Notes: generated by a model from the sequence alone, not told the origin. Positions 1 to 9,567 are shown, numbered from the stretch's first letter. The stretch: DNA of 64,000 nt from Myxococcota bacterium (GCA_039194325.1 JBCCWC010000002.1:32001-96000), one strand, 5' to 3'. A program made the numbers and translations.

Positions 1-710
1 GGCTGGTACCACGCTCGGCTCGCGTCCGAGTCCCATGGCGGGGTCCCGTGATCGTTGGGCGATCGATACGGATCGGGTGCTCCGGTGGCGTAGAACTTGA
101 CCACACCACCGTGACGATTGGCCACGACGACCTCGCCGCGGCGGTTGACCGAGACGCGAGCGGGAGCCCCCTCGTGGCCGGGAGGCGCGGTCCGATGGCG
201 CTCGATCTCGACGCTTGTCTCGACGTCGATCTTCGAGATCGTGTCTTCATCGGTGTTGGGGATCCAGATGAAGGTGGGCTGATACTCATCGTGCTGTGGG
301 CATTCGTGCCCCATGTCGAGGTAGGGGGACACGTCGAAGTAGAACTCGAGGTCGTGGTCGCCGTGGTCGCCGTGATCGCCGTGGTCGCCGTGGTCGCCGT
401 GGTCGCCTTCGGTCATGGCGCTCGTGGTAGTTTCGTCGCCCTGTGAGCCCTCGGGCTCGCCTGGCTCGCCTCCCGTGCTCTGGTCGGCCATGGACGAAGC
501 CTGTTGGTCGTTTGGTGTACAGCGGTCGTCGACACACTCGAGCCCACTGTCGCACTTCTCCAGTGGTGCACAGGCGCAATACTTCGTGCCCTGGCGACAC
601 GGCTCGAAGCCGTTGGGGTCGACCTGGACGCAATCCCAGGCCATGCTACCCAGGCCGAGTCCGAGCAACAGGGCGGTGTGCTCGACGATCTTTGGGTTGA
701 TGCTCGGCAT
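1..710 (-). CDS. Secreted/lipoprotein-like protein, partial (3' end runs off the window). It has a Cys-rich N-terminal module, a (GDH)6 linker and a probable beta-propeller (Vgb-like) domain
   Basis: Manual translation from ATG at 710 (not in the ORF track): MPSINPKIVEHTALLLGLGLGSMAWDCV...CRQGTKYCACAPLEKCDSGLECVDDRC...(GDH)6...FIWIPNTDEDTISKIDVET...RVSVNRRGEVVVANRHGGVVKFY. The frame stays open to the window edge. Confidence 0.75.
   Translation of the reverse strand, partial: MPSINPKIVEHTALLLGLGLGSMAWDCVQVDPNGFEPCRQGTKYCACAPLEKCDSGLECVDDRCTPNDQQASSMADQSTGGEPGEPEGSQGDETTTSAMTEGDHGDHGDHGDHGDHGDHDLEFYFDVSPYLDMGHECPQHDEYQPTFIWIPNTDEDTISKIDVETSVEIERHRTAPPGHEGAPARVSVNRRGEVVVANRHGGVVKFYATGAPDPYRSPNDHGTPPWDSDASRAWYQ
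354..407. repeat. 9-bp tandem repeat x6 (GTGGTCGCC) encoding (GDH)6
   Basis: Directly visible; one copy is GTGATCGCC. Confidence 0.95.
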
Positions 711-750
711 CGTGGTGCTCCTTGTCGACGAAGGTATCGTCGGTTTACGT

Positions 751-2841
751 TCAGCTGACCTTCTTCAGTCGTTCGCGGGCCTTGTCGTCTCCGAGCTTGG
801 CCCCCTTGGTGTAGGCGCGGCGGGCGTCCATCAATCGGCCCGTCTTGTAGTACGCGTCGCCGAGGTGGCGCCGGTATCGTGCGTTCCGCGGCTGGCAGCG
901 CACGGCTTTCTCGGCGTAGCGAACCGCGTCGGCGAAGCGCCCTGCGTTGAACCGCAGCCGCTGGAGGCCGTCGTAGGCGTGACCATTGCGGGGAGCGAGG
1001 CGTAGAGCGCTGCGGTAGCGTTGCTCGGCCGCGTCGACCTGGCCCGCACGGCGGAATTCGTTCCCTTCGGCGACCAACGACCTGGCTCGCGCCTTCCGAC
1101 GACGTCGTGCGCGCTTCTTGGCTGCTCTGGCTGGATCCACGGCGTCGGGGTCGAGCACGAGGTCGTCGTCATCGTCAGCCTCGTCGGTGGATGGGTCGGG
1201 GTCGAGCACGAGGTCGTCGTCATCGTCGGCCTCGTCGGTGGATGGGTCGGGGTCGAGCACGAGGTCGTCGTCATCGTCAGCCTCGTCGGTGGATGGGTCG
1301 GGGTCGTGCTCGAGGGACCGAGTCGATCGCTTCGCGCGCTTGGTGCGGTTGCTTTGGGCCGTCGCGATCAGGCGCTGCACGACCTCTTCGTCGGAGATCG
1401 ACGCGGGCGCATTGACTACGGTGGCCACGAGGAACGCCAGATCGTCACCGGCTTCGATCTCGGGCGCGGTCAGCTCCCCGGCCAGCGCCCGGGCCCGGAG
1501 GTCGGCGATCTCCACGTTGGTGAAGCCGCTGCGCCTGCGGGCCTCGCTCAGGCTCCCGTCGAAGAGCACCGCTTGCAGGTAGAACTCACGGGCGAGCAGC
1601 CGCCCGCCGTCGTGGTGCCACAAGGAGTCGCCCAGGCCCACCAGGGCCGCGCCCATCTCCTGACGCAGTTGCTGGGCCCGCTCTTGGTCCTGCTGGGCGA
1701 CCTCGGAGGCCCAGAAGAGCGCCGTGTCGTAGATCTTGTCGGCGTTGGGGTAGACCCAGCGGGCTCGGGCGGCGGCGGCGTTGGCCTTGTGAACCAGCGT
1801 CTGCACGTAGTCGGGCGCGGCGGCGGCGGTCGTGGGTCGCCACCAGAGCATCATCGTCAGCACTGCGAGCAGTAGCGCCGCCGTGCCAGCCAGCACGGTG
1901 GGGAGGATCCGGCGACGGTGGATGCCCCTGGCGGCCTCCATGGCGTCGACGAGATCTTCCATGGAGGGCCATCGATCGCGGGGATCGGGGGCCAGCCCCC
2001 GGACGAGGACCTGGTGCAGGGCTGGCGGAACCCCGTGGCCTTCGGGAGGCGGGCAGGCGAGTCCGCGATGGATAGCCAGCGCGATCGCGATGCGGTTGGG
2101 CCCCGTGAACGGTCGTACGCCGTAGAGCGCCTCGTAGGCCACGGCGCAGAAGCTGTATTGGTCGCTCGACGGGCCGGTCGGCACTCCTCGGTGCTGCTCG
2201 GGAGACATATAGGCGGGTGTTCCGAGCACGGCGCCCGCGCGGGTCACCTCGATGCGGAGATCGTTGGGCTTGGTGACCACCGAGGGCACGAGGCCGTCGA
2301 GGCTCCGCTCGATCGAGTCGGCCCCGTTGGCGCGGGCCAGCCCGAAATCGAGCACCCGCACCCGACCGTGGACATCGACCATCATGTTGTCGGGCTTGAA
2401 GTCGCGGTGGACGACGCCCGCGCGGTGGGCTGCGGCCAGGCCCCGGGCGGCCTGGGTGAGGATGCCCAGGCGCTGCTCCAGGGGGCGCGGGGTCTTGAGC
2501 CACTGCCTGAGGGTCTGACCTCGTACGTACTCCATGGCCACGTAGGTCTGGCCTTGCCACTCGTCGACCTCGTAGACGTGGACCACCGCCGGGTGAGACA
2601 GGCGGGCCATCGCCAGGGCCTCGCGCCGGATCCTCACCCGAGCGGCGAGATTCGAGGAACCGCTGCGTCGGATCAGCTTGATCGCGATCCGGCGGTCGAG
2701 CTGATCGTCGTAGGCAGCATAGACCACGCCCATGCCCCCCATACCCAGGCGCTCGAGGATCGGATAGCGACCGATCCGACGCGGGCCGTCGTTGAGGGGC
2801 GCAGGACGATCTGCGCGGTTACGGGGCGGATGGGGGGGCAT
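751..2841 (-). CDS. Membrane Ser/Thr protein kinase with C-terminal TPR
   Basis: GMGGMG, IAIK, HRDFKPDN, DFG and GTPAYMSPE motifs; TM segment; C-terminal TPR-like helices. Confidence 0.95.
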   Translation of the reverse strand: MPPHPPRNRADRPAPLNDGPRRIGRYPILERLGMGGMGVVYAAYDDQLDRRIAIKLIRRSGSSNLAARVRIRREALAMARLSHPAVVHVYEVDEWQGQTYVAMEYVRGQTLRQWLKTPRPLEQRLGILTQAARGLAAAHRAGVVHRDFKPDNMMVDVHGRVRVLDFGLARANGADSIERSLDGLVPSVVTKPNDLRIEVTRAGAVLGTPAYMSPEQHRGVPTGPSSDQYSFCAVAYEALYGVRPFTGPNRIAIALAIHRGLACPPPEGHGVPPALHQVLVRGLAPDPRDRWPSMEDLVDAMEAARGIHRRRILPTVLAGTAALLLAVLTMMLWWRPTTAAAAPDYVQTLVHKANAAAARARWVYPNADKIYDTALFWASEVAQQDQERAQQLRQEMGAALVGLGDSLWHHDGGRLLAREFYLQAVLFDGSLSEARRRSGFTNVEIADLRARALAGELTAPEIEAGDDLAFLVATVVNAPASISDEEVVQRLIATAQSNRTKRAKRSTRSLEHDPDPSTDEADDDDDLVLDPDPSTDEADDDDDLVLDPDPSTDEADDDDDLVLDPDAVDPARAAKKRARRRRKARARSLVAEGNEFRRAGQVDAAEQRYRSALRLAPRNGHAYDGLQRLRFNAGRFADAVRYAEKAVRCQPRNARYRRHLGDAYYKTGRLMDARRAYTKGAKLGDDKARERLKKVS
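1144..1306. repeat. 51-bp tandem repeat x3 encoding DPDPSTDEADDDDDLVL
   Basis: Three near-identical 51-bp units visible. Confidence 0.95.
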
Positions 2842-3143
2842 GACCAGCGCGTCCGGTTCGTCGTGGGGGGTTCATTAGGAGCAGTACGATTGGGAGGCCA
2901 TGTGATTGCGCGACGGTCGAAAAATGCGTTCGCTCGTCGTCTGCGTCGTCGCGAGGCGTCGGGTCGTTGCCGGGAGAACCGGGGCGCCCACCGTCTCGCT
3001 ACCGGTGTTCCTGCGGTGATAGCCACCCTGACTACAGCAGTAGCCATGGGGTGTTCGCGGTTCACACCATCACATCGTCGCAATCAAATGGCGCGGTCGT
3101 CGGAACTACGGATCGGGCGAGCGAGGCCCGACGGGAGGAGTCC

Positions 3144-6104
3144 GTGCCACGAATTGGAAAAGATCCCACGAAGGGAGTCGAGCGCGACCGGATCGACGAA
3201 GCAGCGGCGGCTTCGGCCGAGCGGGTCGAGCGGGTCGAGCGCGAGCTTCCGCGAGGACCAACGGAGCGCGTCGCGACACCGAGCCTGTCGTTTGGTTTGG
3301 GGCGCTACGTGCTCATGGGCACCTTGGGGCGGGGCGGCATGGGGGTGGTATTCAAGGCGTTCGATCCGGCGCTCGATCGTCGAGTGGCGATCAAGGTGTT
3401 GCATCGGGAGTTCGACCGAAGGCACGCCGCTCGCCTGATACGCGAGGCCCAGGCGATGGCCAAGCTCTCGCACCCCCACGTGGTGCAGGTGTACGAGGTG
3501 GGCGAGGTTCGGGGGCGGACCTTCGTGGCCATGGAGCTGGTGCATGGTCAGACGCTCCGGGCGTGGATCCGTCGGCAACCGGCGCCGAGCTGGCGCGAGA
3601 GTGTCGAGGTGTTCTTGCAGGTGGGGGCCGGCCTGGCGGCGGCTCATGGTCGCGGGCTCGTCCACCGCGACTTCAAGCCGAGCAACGCGATCATCGACGA
3701 CGAGGGGCGGGCCCGGGTGCTCGACTTTGGGCTGGCGCGGCAGGTCGAGACGGTCGACGACACGCCGGATCTCTTCGACGAGCGGGCGAGCACGGATCGG
3801 CACGAGCCGTCGCCGCGCCACACGTCGCTGACCAAGACCGGGGCGGTGCAGGGTACGCCCGCCTATATGCCCGCCGAGCAGATGCTGGGCCGTCCGATCG
3901 ATGCGCGTAGCGACCAGTTCAGCTTTTGCGTGGCGCTCTACGAGGCCGTCTATGGGGAGCGGCCCTTTGCCGGCGACTCGGTGGCGGCGCTGATGGCCTC
4001 GGTGACCTGCAACGAGGTGCGGCCCGCTCCCAAGGGGCGCGCGGTGCCGGCCCGACTGCGTGCGGTGCTGCTGCGGGGGCTGGCGGCCAAGTCTGAGGCT
4101 CGGTGGCCCTCGATGGAGGTGTTGCTCGGGCAGCTGCGGCCGCTGGTCGCTCCGCGCCGGAGGCGATGGTTGGCGCTGGGCATCGGGGTGGCCGTGGGTC
4201 TGGGGCTGGTGGGCGCCGGGTTGGTCTACCAGGCCGACATGGGGCAGCGCTGCACGGGCGCTCGCGAGCAGCTGGAAGGCGTCTGGGACGATGCGCGTCG
4301 CCAGGCGGTGAAGACCGCGGTGCTGGGCACCGAGCTCTCCTATGCGGCGGGCACTTGGGAGCGCGTCGAGTCGCGGCTCGACGCCTACGCCGACGCTTGG
4401 ATCGGCAGTCACACCGAGGTCTGCGAGGCTACCGCGGTGCGTCGCGAGCAGAGCGACGAGGCCATGGACCGGCGTATGCGGTGCTTGGCCCAGCGAAGCA
4501 ATTCGCTGCGTGCGACAGTGGACGTCCTGGCCAAGGCCGACGCCGAGGTGGTGCAGAGTGCCGTCGAGCTCGTGGCCGGCTTGCCTCGCCTGAGCCGCTG
4601 TGACGACCTGGACTGGCTGGGGCAGCAAGACCAGCGCGTGCCGCCGCCCGAGGATCCCAAGGTCGCCGCCGAGGTCGACGCCTCGCGTGAGTGGCTGGCC
4701 GACATCAAGGTCATGCACGCGGCCAGTCGATATGCCGAGGCCCTCCTGGTGGTCGAACCCGTGCTGCAACGGGCTGAGGTCCTGCGTTACCCACCGCTTC
4801 TCGTCGAGGCCTTGTTCTGGCGGGGACATCTACGAGAAGGCAACGGCCAGTATGCCGAAGCGGAGCAAGATCTGCAGCAGGCCTATGTGCTGGCGGTGGA
4901 GCACCACCACGACTCGGTCGCGCTCGAGACGGCCCAGGTCTTGACCTCCTTGGTGGGCAATCGGCTCGGGCGTCACGCCGAAGGCCGACAGTGGGGCCGG
5001 ATGGTGGCCTTACCCCTGGCGCGGCGCGGCGGCGATCCGCTCGAGCTGGCCCAGAGCCTGAACAGCCTGGGCATCGTGGCGATCAGCCAAGGGAAGTATG
5101 AGGAAGCGGCCGAATATCAGCAACAGTCGCTGAAGATAAGGAAAGATGCGCTGGGGCCCGACCATCTCACGGTGGCTGACAGCCTGGGGAACCTCGGGAT
5201 CACATATGGGCATCAAGGTAGATATGAGGAGGCGCAAGTGCATATTCATCTGGCGATAGAAATACGAGCAGCAGCACTGGGAGCCGACCATCCCCGTGTG
5301 GCCAGCAGTCTGAGCAGCCTGGGAAGAGTGAATTGGGCTCTGGGAGAGTACGACAAAGCGAGGGGTAATTTTCAGCGAGCGCTGAGCATTTCGGCGGCGG
5401 CGCTGGGTGCGGAGCATCCCCTTGTCGCCATGGCTCTGGACAATCTGGGGGCGGTCGTTGCGAGTCAAGGGGAGTACGAGGAAGCGGAGGGGTATAATCA
5501 GCGAGCGCTGGAGATCTTCGAGAAAGTGTTGGGTCCCAACCATGCCGCGGTGGCGCGATGCCTCAGCAATCTGGGGGCCGTTGTCGCGAGGCAAGGGGAG
5601 TACGCACGAGCGGCGGCTCATCATCAGCGAGCGCTGACCATATTCACAAAGGCGCTAGGAGCCGACCATCCCCATGTGGCGGCGAGCTTGACCAACCTGG
5701 GGCTGATACTGTCCAGGCAAGGTGAGCATGAGCAAGCAGCGGAGCGTCACCAGCGAGCGTTGGCGGTTCGGGAGAAGGCGCTGGGTGCCGAGCATCCTGA
5801 TCTGGCCTACTCGCTGACGGGGCTGGCCGCGGCTGCCATGGCGGTGGGTGACTCCGAGTCCGCCCGCACGCATGCCGAGCGCGCAGTCTCGATTCGCGAG
5901 GCGGCCGGGGTGGCCCCTGGGTTGCTCGCAGAGGCCCGCTTCGCGCTCGCCCGGGCCCTATGGTCCGACGAGAACGAACGTGTACGGGCGCGCGCGATGG
6001 CCGAGCAGGCTCGAGAGACGTTGTCGGGGGTGGAGGGGCCCGGTGAATCCGAGGTCAGCCTCGCCATGGCCGACGCGTGGTTGGCCACGCACCGCGTTCA
6101 ATAG
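3144..6104 (+). CDS. Ser/Thr protein kinase with TM segment and a kinesin-light-chain-like TPR array
   Basis: GRGGMG, HRDFKPSN, DFG; repeated LGxxHPxVA TPR units. Start placed at GTG 3144 behind GGAGGAG (the ORF track extends to 2967). Confidence 0.93.
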   Translation: MPRIGKDPTKGVERDRIDEAAAASAERVERVERELPRGPTERVATPSLSFGLGRYVLMGTLGRGGMGVVFKAFDPALDRRVAIKVLHREFDRRHAARLIREAQAMAKLSHPHVVQVYEVGEVRGRTFVAMELVHGQTLRAWIRRQPAPSWRESVEVFLQVGAGLAAAHGRGLVHRDFKPSNAIIDDEGRARVLDFGLARQVETVDDTPDLFDERASTDRHEPSPRHTSLTKTGAVQGTPAYMPAEQMLGRPIDARSDQFSFCVALYEAVYGERPFAGDSVAALMASVTCNEVRPAPKGRAVPARLRAVLLRGLAAKSEARWPSMEVLLGQLRPLVAPRRRRWLALGIGVAVGLGLVGAGLVYQADMGQRCTGAREQLEGVWDDARRQAVKTAVLGTELSYAAGTWERVESRLDAYADAWIGSHTEVCEATAVRREQSDEAMDRRMRCLAQRSNSLRATVDVLAKADAEVVQSAVELVAGLPRLSRCDDLDWLGQQDQRVPPPEDPKVAAEVDASREWLADIKVMHAASRYAEALLVVEPVLQRAEVLRYPPLLVEALFWRGHLREGNGQYAEAEQDLQQAYVLAVEHHHDSVALETAQVLTSLVGNRLGRHAEGRQWGRMVALPLARRGGDPLELAQSLNSLGIVAISQGKYEEAAEYQQQSLKIRKDALGPDHLTVADSLGNLGITYGHQGRYEEAQVHIHLAIEIRAAALGADHPRVASSLSSLGRVNWALGEYDKARGNFQRALSISAAALGAEHPLVAMALDNLGAVVASQGEYEEAEGYNQRALEIFEKVLGPNHAAVARCLSNLGAVVARQGEYARAAAHHQRALTIFTKALGADHPHVAASLTNLGLILSRQGEHEQAAERHQRALAVREKALGAEHPDLAYSLTGLAAAAMAVGDSESARTHAERAVSIREAAGVAPGLLAEARFALARALWSDENERVRARAMAEQARETLSGVEGPGESEVSLAMADAWLATHRVQ

Positions 6105-6138
6105 GGAGGGTGCCCTACGAGGCGTCGTTCCTCGTCGC

Positions 6139-6167
6139 TTGACAGCGTGGCGTCGCGGTCGTAGGCT
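6139..6167 (+). promoter_or_regulatory. Sigma70-type promoter TTGACA-N17-TAGGCT for the tetR-hydrolase operon
   Basis: Perfect -35 at 6139-6144, 17-bp spacer, -10-like TAGGCT at 6162-6167. Confidence 0.75.
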
Positions 6168-6194
6168 GAAAAAAGCACAATGTACTTTTTTCAG
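6166..6194. promoter_or_regulatory. Palindromic operator, probably the TetR autoregulatory site
   Basis: CTGAAAAAAG-CACAATGTA-CTTTTTTCAG has perfect 10-bp inverted arms, overlaps the -10 element and ends 4 bp before the tetR ATG. Confidence 0.8.
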
Positions 6195-6198
6195 GACC

Positions 6199-6819
6199 AT
6201 GCCGCAGCGCCCTAAACAAGAGGTTCGGGCCCGATTTGTCGAGGTCGCGGCCCAGCTGTTCGCCGAGCACGGCTACACCGGGACATCGCTGCGCACGGTG
6301 GTCTCTAGCGCGGGCGGATCGCTCGGCAATCTGCGCAATTACTTCCCCACCAAGGACGATCTGTTCGCCGCCGCGTGCGAGCCCGTCCTCGCCGACGTTC
6401 GCGCGGCATGCGTCGCTTGGGTTCCCGGCAGTGTCCCCGGTCAGCTCGACGAGGTAGTTCGGCTCGATGTCGAAGCGGTTCAGGTCGTCGCCAACTACAT
6501 CGTTGCGCATCGTCGGCAGCTCTCGCTGCTGCTGACCCGCAGTGAGGGCTCGAGCCTCGCCGGCTGGAGCGAAGCGCTGTTCGACACCTACGTCGAGATC
6601 GAGCGCCGCAAGCTCGACACCGTCGTCGCATCCGCGCCTGGGTGGCTCGCGTGTGCGCCCTCTCCCCTGCTCGTGCGCGCCCTGTGCCGCATGTACTTCG
6701 ATCTTGCCAAGGACTTCGTCGGCGAGACGATCGACCAGGCCCAGTTTTGGGAAGCCTTGCACGAATACGACGCATTCCGACGGGCCGGCTTCGCCGTTTA
6801 CCTCCAAGGAGACTCATGA
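6199..6819 (+). CDS. TetR/AcrR family transcriptional regulator
   Basis: N-terminal HTH: AAQLFAEHGYTGTSLRTVVSSAGGSLGNLRNYFPTKDDLF. Confidence 0.92.
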   Translation: MPQRPKQEVRARFVEVAAQLFAEHGYTGTSLRTVVSSAGGSLGNLRNYFPTKDDLFAAACEPVLADVRAACVAWVPGSVPGQLDEVVRLDVEAVQVVANYIVAHRRQLSLLLTRSEGSSLAGWSEALFDTYVEIERRKLDTVVASAPGWLACAPSPLLVRALCRMYFDLAKDFVGETIDQAQFWEALHEYDAFRRAGFAVYLQGDS

Positions 6820-7835
6820 GCATTGCGCTGTCGCTCGTCATCGTCACCGTCATCGTCATCGTCATCGTTGCGCTCTTGTTGGCCGACTTCCTGCGGTGGC
6901 GTCGTGGTCGGCGGGCGGTCCAGCGCTCCTTCCAGATCGCCCGCGTTCGCGGTTTCGACATCCCCTACCTGGTCGTGGGGCCGCCCGACGGGCCCCCGGT
7001 GCTCTTGTCGACGGGAGGAGGGGCGGGCATCGACTCCGTGCACGCCATGCCGTGGCTGACCGACGCCGGCTATCGATTGATCGCGATCTGCCGCCCGGGC
7101 TACTACGGCGTCCCGCTCGAGGCGGCCCCCAGCTTGCGGGCTCAGGCGGATCTCTACGCCGAGGTGCTCTGCGTCCTCGGCGTTCGCGAGCCCGTGCATG
7201 TCTTCGGGGTCTCTGCGGGCGGGCCGACGGCTCTGCACTACGCGGCCAAGCACCCGACCCGGTCGCTGCTGCTGTGGTGCGCGGTCACGGGCCGCTACAC
7301 GCCCAATCAGGCGTCGATGGACTCGGCGCTCGGCCGGCTGGTGCTCTTTACGCGAGGGCAGGCGCTGATCTCCTGGCTCCTCAGTCGGAGCGCCCGCTGG
7401 ATCCCGCGGACCACGATGGCCACGTTCCTGCGCACCGAGAGCACGCTCGGCAAGCCCCAGATCGACGCCGTGGTCGACCAGACCCTCGCCTGTGCCGCCC
7501 ACCGGCGGCGGTTTCGAACCTTCGTCGACTCGACCACCCCGATGACCGAGCTCTACCCGGGGATGATGGACGAGCTGCACAAGATGGGCGAGGACTGGAC
7601 CGCCGACTGGGCTCGCATTCGGGCCCCGACGCTGGCCGTGGCCTCGGCGGTCGACAAGGACGTCGGTGCCGACCATATCGAACGGGTCGCGCGACGGCTG
7701 CCCTCCGCCACGATCCTCGAGGTGCGCGCGGGTGGCCACTTGGTGTGGTGGGGCCGCGAGGGCGAGGGCGTCATCGAGGCCTCGCTTCGGCACCTCGCAC
7801 GCTATACGCCAGCGGGGCCGGCCCGGGGCGATTGA
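6816..7835 (+). CDS. Membrane-anchored alpha/beta hydrolase
   Basis: N-terminal hydrophobic anchor, RPGYY, nucleophile elbow GVSAGG, C-terminal GGH; ATGA overlap with the tetR stop. Confidence 0.9.
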   Translation: MSIALSLVIVTVIVIVIVALLLADFLRWRRGRRAVQRSFQIARVRGFDIPYLVVGPPDGPPVLLSTGGGAGIDSVHAMPWLTDAGYRLIAICRPGYYGVPLEAAPSLRAQADLYAEVLCVLGVREPVHVFGVSAGGPTALHYAAKHPTRSLLLWCAVTGRYTPNQASMDSALGRLVLFTRGQALISWLLSRSARWIPRTTMATFLRTESTLGKPQIDAVVDQTLACAAHRRRFRTFVDSTTPMTELYPGMMDELHKMGEDWTADWARIRAPTLAVASAVDKDVGADHIERVARRLPSATILEVRAGGHLVWWGREGEGVIEASLRHLARYTPAGPARGD

Positions 7836-7962
7836 TGGCTCCGCCAACGTTCACGAGCCGGTGTCCGTGAACATATGAAAGTCAGTGCCGCCCGACCGTA
7901 CCGGCAAAGAGGCGCGCGGTCGACCCCGCGCTGCGCTCGATGGTGGATGATATCGTGTCGAG

Positions 7963-8589
7963 ATGGACGAGGACTGGGATCTGCTCTCACGCTGGCGAAG
8001 AGGCGACCAGAGCGCGGCCAATGCCCTTCTCGGCCGCTATTTCGACATCCTGATGCGGTTTTTTGGGACCAAGGTGGCCAGCCCCGAAGATGCGGCGGAC
8101 CTCGTCTCCGAGACCATGCTCGGGTGCATCAAAGGCAAGGACCAAGTACGCGAGGGCTCGTTTCGCAGCTTCCTGTTTGCCATCGCGCTCAACAAGCTCC
8201 GGCTCTATGTTCGCAAGCGCCACAAGCGCCAGCGCGAGGCCGACGACTTCGCCTCGGTGTGTGCCAACGATATCGAGAACGCGCGCTCCATCACTTCGCT
8301 GCTGTCGCACAGCGAGGAGATCAAGCTGCTGACCAAGGGGCTGCGCATGATCCCCATGGACTTCCAGATCGTGCTCGAGCTCCAGCTGGTCGAGGGGTTG
8401 ACCGGGCCGGAGATTGCTCAGCTTCTGTCGCTGCCCACGGCGACCGCCTACTCGCGCCTGCGCTTGGGGCGCAAGCACCTGGGCGAGGCCATCGCCCAGT
8501 TGGAGAAGAACCCCGCGCTGGTGCAGTCGACCCTCACCGATCTCGAGCACTGGGCCCAGATGGTGCGCCGAAATATCGACGCGGGTTGA
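7963..8589 (+). CDS. ECF RNA polymerase sigma factor
   Basis: Region 2 (DAADLVSETML...SFRSFLFAIALNKL) and region 4 (GLTGPEIAQLLSLPTATAYSRLRLGR). Confidence 0.92.
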   Translation: MDEDWDLLSRWRRGDQSAANALLGRYFDILMRFFGTKVASPEDAADLVSETMLGCIKGKDQVREGSFRSFLFAIALNKLRLYVRKRHKRQREADDFASVCANDIENARSITSLLSHSEEIKLLTKGLRMIPMDFQIVLELQLVEGLTGPEIAQLLSLPTATAYSRLRLGRKHLGEAIAQLEKNPALVQSTLTDLEHWAQMVRRNIDAG

Positions 8590-8758
8590 TGGGCCTTCCC
8601 CCACATGGCGCCCGTTCGTTCGGTACGCCATCGTCGATTTTTTTCGCCGGCCGGTGATAGTTCGGGTCGCGGTCGAAACTCCTGTTCTCGAAGACAGCGC
8701 AGCAAGGCAGCACAACGCTGCCCCCTCCGCAGGCGCTTCATTTCGGGAGATCTGCAAG

Positions 8759-9526
8759 ATGCATCGTTTGTTCAAACTCGTCCCCTCCTCCACCATTCGC
8801 CGCATGGCCGTGAGCACCGGCCTGTTGCTAGCGCTGGCGACCACCGCTGAGGTTCAGGCGTCGTCGGGCGTCACCGCGACTGTCACCGCCGTCACAGGCG
8901 GCAGCCTCGTCGAGGTCTCCGGTACCAACGGTGTCGACACCGTCACCTTCGAGGAGGACGGCGCCAACTACATCGTCACGTCCAATGGGGTCACCATCGC
9001 CACCACCAGCGACCCCGTTCGGGTAATATTCGAGGGCAAAGATGGCGGTGATTACTTCTCTAACGAAACCGATATTCCGTCGACGGTATACGGGGGCGAA
9101 GGAAACGATTTCCTCTACGGAGGTAATGTGGATGATATTATTTACGGAAATAAGGGGGCCGACTATATCGAGTGCGGCGCTGGCGACGACGTGGTCTATG
9201 GCGGCAACGGGAGTGATGAGATCTACGGGGGCGACGACAACGACGAGCTATGGGGTGAGGAAGACGCGGACGCCATCTACGGTGGTGCAGGCAGCGACAC
9301 CCTCCGCGGTGGGAAGGGCGACGACACCCTCGTGGGTCAAGACGACGTAGACTACATCTACGGCGGTAACGGGAACGATGACATGTTGGGGTGTGGCGGT
9401 AACGACCACGTCTACGGACAGTCGGGCTCGTCCGACGAGAGCGATTGCGGCAACGACAACAACGACACCGCGTGCGTAGCCGAGGACGACACGGCCTTCC
9501 AGTCGAACGATTCGCTGTGCTCCTGA
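8759..9526 (+). CDS. Secreted hemolysin-type (RTX) calcium-binding repeat protein
   Basis: Signal peptide and many GGxGxDxLx nonapeptides. Confidence 0.9.
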   Translation: MHRLFKLVPSSTIRRMAVSTGLLLALATTAEVQASSGVTATVTAVTGGSLVEVSGTNGVDTVTFEEDGANYIVTSNGVTIATTSDPVRVIFEGKDGGDYFSNETDIPSTVYGGEGNDFLYGGNVDDIIYGNKGADYIECGAGDDVVYGGNGSDEIYGGDDNDELWGEEDADAIYGGAGSDTLRGGKGDDTLVGQDDVDYIYGGNGNDDMLGCGGNDHVYGQSGSSDESDCGNDNNDTACVAEDDTAFQSNDSLCS

Positions 9527-9539
9527 GGGGATGAGGTCA

Positions 9540-9567
9540 GGTGCCCGACCCGGGGAGGTCGGGCACC
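9540..9567. terminator. GC-rich hairpin between convergent genes (possible terminator)
   Basis: GGTGCCCGACC-cgggga-GGTCGGGCACC, a perfect 11-bp stem; no U-tract. Confidence 0.5.
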
